DNA from: Desulfobacterales bacterium
GTDB taxonomy: Bacteria > Desulfobacterota > Desulfobacteria > Desulfobacterales > UBA5852
Length of the DNA: 64,000 bases
Direction: 5' to 3'
NCBI GenBank assembly: GCA_963674755.2
Contig: CAXXVS010000001.1
Span: 544,001-608,000 of the forward strand
Shown: positions 60,111 to 64,000 of the stretch, piece after piece
Layout of the letters: every line of letters begins with the position of its first letter
Numbering within the stretch: the first letter of the stretch is position 1
Made by a program: the position numbers and the translations under genes
Notes under the pieces: generated by a model
What the model saw: only the letters and a program-made list of their open reading frames with translations
Database searches by the model: none
Told to the model about the DNA's origin: nothing

Positions 60111-61466
60111 TTAGGAGGCCCGGGTGACGCCGCGTTCCTCCAGATCCAGGATGGACTGTCGCACGTCTTCCCCTAAAGCTTCGGCTTTGCGGAAAGCCGT
60201 CAGGGCCTTTTGATACTGGCCGGTTTTGCGTAACAGCCGCCCCAGGCGGATATGAAAGCGCCCCTCGTCAGGTTTAATGTCGACACTTTGCTGGCAGAAG
60301 GCAAGGGCGATATCCAGATTTTCATTTTTCAATTCATAGCAACGGCCCAAGCCCGACAGGGCCGGGGCATCGTTGGGGTGCAGCCGCAGGGCCTTTTTGT
60401 AGGGTGCCACCGCCTGGTCCACGAGGCGCTGGGCCAGGAAAATATCCCCCAGAAAACGTTGCACCAGGGCGGATTCGGGTTTGAGGGCGGCGGCACGCTG
60501 GATCAGGCCCTGGGCTTTTTCGGGTTTGTCCATTTCCAGCAGGAGCTTGCCGGCCTGGAAGTTGAGCTCGAACACGTCTTTTCCCAAAGGTGCGGCTTTC
60601 AGCCAGCAGGTGAGCGCCTTGTTCCGCCGGTCCATCAAAAGGTTGACCAGGCCGGCGTTGTAGAGGGAGAGAATTTCCGTGGGATTGATTTTGAGGGCCG
60701 TTTCGAAGGCCGTGAGGGCTTTGGGGTAGTTTTGCTGCACGCCGAAGCATACTCCCAGACTGTTGAGCACATTGACATTCTTGGGATCCAGCCGCAGCGC
60801 GTTACGGAACTCCCCGATAGCGCCGTCGATGTCGCCGGCATCGTAGCAGCGGTCGCCGCTGATGTTGAGGCTTACGGCATCGAAACAGGCACGGCCCCCG
60901 GGCCCCAGGAAAAGGGCGTGCTCCAGCGCCTTGTGCGCATTGGCCAGAACATCCGCCGCGGCGTACTTGAGACAGGGAAAGGCCGACAGTCCGATGGTAA
61001 GGCTGATCCCGAAGGCGGCATTGAGGCGGTCCTGGAGCGCTTTGGCGATGGCCAGCGAGGAGGCCATATCTTTGCCGGGAAAGACACAGCCGAAAATATC
61101 GCCGGCCACCAGCCCCCAGCGGCCGTTTTCAGCGGCGCATTTTTTGTCGATGGCGTCGGCCACGGCCAGGCGCAGCTGCTGAAAACGTTCCAGGTCGTCG
61201 GCGTAGCGGGCACTATTGTCGATGCGCAGGGCCAGGGCAGTGAAGTGAGGTTGGCCGGCGGCCTGGTGGGCCGCCCAGGTCGTGTAGGCCGTTTCCGTCC
61301 GCAGGTCCGGGTAGCGCCGGCGCAGAGGGTCATCGGCCCCGGTGGGCATTCCGGGCAAGAGGGCCGCGTTCGGTGCCGTGCGGGCCCCCTCGGCCGGGGT
61401 CTTGGCGTAGAGAAAGTGTTCGCTGGCGGTGAGATCGCGGTCCGCGCGGTTTGCGGCTGACGTCAT
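60111..61466 (-). CDS. TPR protein with N-terminal degenerate GGDEF-like domain
   Basis: ALRID...AGDIF...LTIGLS..A.KAL..A GGDEF-like pattern lacking GGDEF; multiple TPRs. Confidence 0.75.
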   Translation of the reverse strand: MTSAANRADRDLTASEHFLYAKTPAEGARTAPNAALLPGMPTGADDPLRRRYPDLRTETAYTTWAAHQAAGQPHFTALALRIDNSARYADDLERFQQLRLAVADAIDKKCAAENGRWGLVAGDIFGCVFPGKDMASSLAIAKALQDRLNAAFGISLTIGLSAFPCLKYAAADVLANAHKALEHALFLGPGGRACFDAVSLNISGDRCYDAGDIDGAIGEFRNALRLDPKNVNVLNSLGVCFGVQQNYPKALTAFETALKINPTEILSLYNAGLVNLLMDRRNKALTCWLKAAPLGKDVFELNFQAGKLLLEMDKPEKAQGLIQRAAALKPESALVQRFLGDIFLAQRLVDQAVAPYKKALRLHPNDAPALSGLGRCYELKNENLDIALAFCQQSVDIKPDEGRFHIRLGRLLRKTGQYQKALTAFRKAEALGEDVRQSILDLEERGVTRAS

Positions 61467-62884
61467 GAAGACTCCTTTTTCAGCATGTGCCGGAAAGCCT
61501 GTTCGATAGGGGGCAGGTCGTCATCCTGCAGGGTACGGGCGTCCATGATAAAATGGTCTTTTTCGATGCGGCCGACAATGGGCGGGGTGTGACGTCGCAG
61601 GAAGGCTTCCGTGCGCTGGGCCGAACCTTCCTGGAAAGCGACCGCCACCCCGTGGCTGGGAAGCACCAGGCGCGGCAGCGAGCCGCCGCCGATGCGCGAT
61701 GGGACCGAAACCTTTTCAAAGGTCAGGCCGGGGAAACCGATACGCTGCAGGCGCTTCCACAGACGCTCGGCCCGGTCGGCCAGAACCTTGTCGGGGGCCA
61801 TCATCATGGCCAGGGTGGGAATGGCGGCCATGGCCCGGGACTCCTCGCGGTATAGCCGCAGGGTGCTTTCCAGGGCGGCCAGGGTCAGTTTGTCGATGCG
61901 CAGGGCCCGGTTGATGGGGTTCTTTTTGATGGCCTCCAGATAGGTGCGCCGGCCGACGATGATGCCGGCCTGAGGCCCCCCCAGCAATTTGTCGCCGCTG
62001 AAAGTGACGACATCGGCACCGCTGGCCACCGCATCCTGGACCGTGGGCTCATAGGGCAGGCCATAGCGCCTGAAATCCACAAACGTGCCGCTGCCCAGAT
62101 CTTCCATGACCGGCAGTTCCTGCCGGCGGCCGAGGTCCACCAGCTCCTTGAGCGATACGGCCTTGGTAAAGCCGGTGATGGCGAAATTGCTCTGGTGGAC
62201 CTTGAGCAGCAGTCCGGTGGCTTCGCCGATGGCGCCGGCGTAGTCCCTTAAATGGGTGCGGTTGGTGGTGCCCACTTCCTTGAGCAGCGCCCCGCTCTTG
62301 GCCATGACGTCGGGAATGCGGAAAGCGCCGCCGATTTCAACCAGCTCGCCCCGGGAGACCACGACCTCGCGGTCCCTGGCCAGGGTTTCCAGGGCGATCA
62401 GGACGGCCCCGGCATTGTTGTTGACCACCAGTCCGGCTTCGGCGCCGGTGATCTCGCAGAGCAGGTCTTCCACCGCGCTGTAGCGCGAGCCGCGGCGGCC
62501 CTCTGCCAGATTGAATTCCAGGTTGGAATAGCGGCGGGCGATAAGGGTCAGATTGTCGACCGCCTCCTGGCAGAGCAGGGAGCGCCCCAGGTTGGTGTGA
62601 ATGACGATGCCGGTGGCGTTGATGGCCGGTCGCAGGTTGGGCTGCATGGCAGTGGCCACCAGGGCTTCCATGCGGCGCAGGATGGCCGCTTCGTCCACAT
62701 CGGCGGTGTCCACCCGGTCCTTGTCGTGCAGCAGCTGGTGGCGCAGGGCCTCGATAGCGGTGCGGGCGGCATTGGAAAGCACGGAATGCGGCGTTGTACG
62801 CAGGGTGTCGGAAGTTTTAGCGCATTCCAGCAAGCGATCGACAGCGGGCAGGCGTTGCAGCAGGATTTGGGTATGATCGTCCAT
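61463..62884 (-). CDS. selA: L-seryl-tRNA(Sec) selenium transferase
   Basis: INATG..HTNLGR, VNNNAGA, SRGELVEIGG.FR, EVGTTN, DLGSG, SGDKLLGGPQAG. Confidence 0.97.
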   Translation of the reverse strand: MDDHTQILLQRLPAVDRLLECAKTSDTLRTTPHSVLSNAARTAIEALRHQLLHDKDRVDTADVDEAAILRRMEALVATAMQPNLRPAINATGIVIHTNLGRSLLCQEAVDNLTLIARRYSNLEFNLAEGRRGSRYSAVEDLLCEITGAEAGLVVNNNAGAVLIALETLARDREVVVSRGELVEIGGAFRIPDVMAKSGALLKEVGTTNRTHLRDYAGAIGEATGLLLKVHQSNFAITGFTKAVSLKELVDLGRRQELPVMEDLGSGTFVDFRRYGLPYEPTVQDAVASGADVVTFSGDKLLGGPQAGIIVGRRTYLEAIKKNPINRALRIDKLTLAALESTLRLYREESRAMAAIPTLAMMMAPDKVLADRAERLWKRLQRIGFPGLTFEKVSVPSRIGGGSLPRLVLPSHGVAVAFQEGSAQRTEAFLRRHTPPIVGRIEKDHFIMDARTLQDDDLPPIEQAFRHMLKKESS

Positions 62885-63043
62885 CCTTCACCTTCAGCGG
62901 CCCGGCACGTGTCAGCGGGTCCTGTGTTGCGATTGAAAGGGTAATCTCAAACTTTACTTTTTAGCATCGAAAAGCTAAATAATTCAATCAATTTATTGCC
63001 CACAAGCGGGCCCCCGGGATACCCGGCGGCCGGAGGGAGGTCT

Positions 63044-63772
63044 ATGCGAACGCCGCAGGATTACATTGTCTTCCCCCTCGATGTGGCCACACGCGCCGAG
63101 GCGGAACAACTGGTGGGGCAGCTCAGCGGCCATGTGGGGCTGTTCAAGGTGGGGCTGGAATTGTTCATCCGGTCCGGGCCGGATCTGATCCGATGGATCC
63201 AGGCCCAGGGAACGGCCGGGATTTTTCTGGATCTCAAGCTCCACGACATCCCCGTCACCGTGGCGCGCGCCATGGAAGGTATTTGCGATCTGGGAGTCGT
63301 CCTGACCACGATCCATTGCGGTGAAAGCCCCCGCATGCTGGAAGCGGCGGTGGCGGCCGGCCGCGGGCGGACCAGAATCCTGGCAGTGACGGTGCTGACC
63401 AGCGTGGGGCCCGAAGAGCTGCAGCAGGCCGGTCTGTCCCCGGCCCTGGCCGGGGACCTGGAAGCCCTGGTCCGGCAGCGCGCCCGCATGGCGCGGTCCG
63501 CCGGCTGTGACGGGGTGGTTTGTTCCGGCTGGGAGGCGGGGGCGATCAAAGGCGACTTGGGGCCGGACTTTTTAGCGGTCACGCCGGGCATCCGCCCGGC
63601 CTGGGAGGCGAGCGGGGCCGATGATCAGCGGCGCGTCATGACACCGGCGGAAGCCGTGCGCAACGGGGCGGACTATATCGTCATCGGGCGGCCCATCCGG
63701 ACCGCGCCCGATCCGGTGCTGGCCGCCCGGCGGGTGGCCGAGGAGATTGCAGTGGAATTGTCGCAGGGATGA
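63044..63772 (+). CDS. pyrF: Orotidine-5'-phosphate decarboxylase
   Basis: PLD, KVG, FLDLKLHDIP.TV, VTVLTS, TPGIR, DQRR..TP, GRPI. Confidence 0.97.
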   Translation: MRTPQDYIVFPLDVATRAEAEQLVGQLSGHVGLFKVGLELFIRSGPDLIRWIQAQGTAGIFLDLKLHDIPVTVARAMEGICDLGVVLTTIHCGESPRMLEAAVAAGRGRTRILAVTVLTSVGPEELQQAGLSPALAGDLEALVRQRARMARSAGCDGVVCSGWEAGAIKGDLGPDFLAVTPGIRPAWEASGADDQRRVMTPAEAVRNGADYIVIGRPIRTAPDPVLAARRVAEEIAVELSQG

Positions 63773-63860
63773 CCCAATAGGGTGGGCGATGGTCCGGCAT
63801 TCGTTTGGAATTAAGTCCTCGGTCTTTGGTGGAGGATCCGGGGAGGTTTTACGTAAATGA

Positions 63861-64000
63861 TTTCTTCATTTTCTTCCACGTGGAAGAAAACGAAGCAAAA
63901 GAAGACGCCCGTGTCCCGCGGCCCCTTTGGGGCTTCCCTGCGCGTCGTCGCGGCGGTCGGATCACGCGGAAACTCGCCCCGCCTTCGCTATCGCTACGGC
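63861..64000. repeat. Start of a second type of palindromic intergenic element (partial)
   Basis: CTTCATTTTCTTCCA-CG-TGGAAGAAAACGAAG palindrome followed by further small hairpins; runs off the window. Confidence 0.4.

Overview
GC-rich bacterial chromosomal segment. Gene content (IorAB, CobA-HemD, SelA, WtpABC, FmdB zinc ribbon, cereblon-like protein) suggests an anaerobic Desulfobacterota / deltaproteobacterium; this is inference. It holds about 50 mostly housekeeping or metabolic genes, with no rRNA, tRNA, CRISPR array or transposase recognised. Two items stand out. (1) An unannotated 15-aa leader peptide with three consecutive Trp codons (46611-46658) sits in a complete 1:2 / 2:3 / 3:4 attenuator upstream of iorA-iorB-TRAP(dctPQM). 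This suggests a Trp-starvation-induced route that imports an indole acid and carboxylates it back towards tryptophan. (2) A YkgJ/CxxCxxCC cysteine-cluster gene overlaps a small exported-looking protein with six (S/A)NQHK-type repeats conserved at the protein level, a candidate new peptide-modification (RiPP-like) pair. Also present: a fructokinase / SPS-SPP / sucrose phosphorylase operon plus gpgS (osmolytes), four structure-conserved palindromic intergenic elements, two further small unannotated ORFs, and several gene lesions (wtpB frameshift, SIMPL internal deletion, DUF362 remnant).
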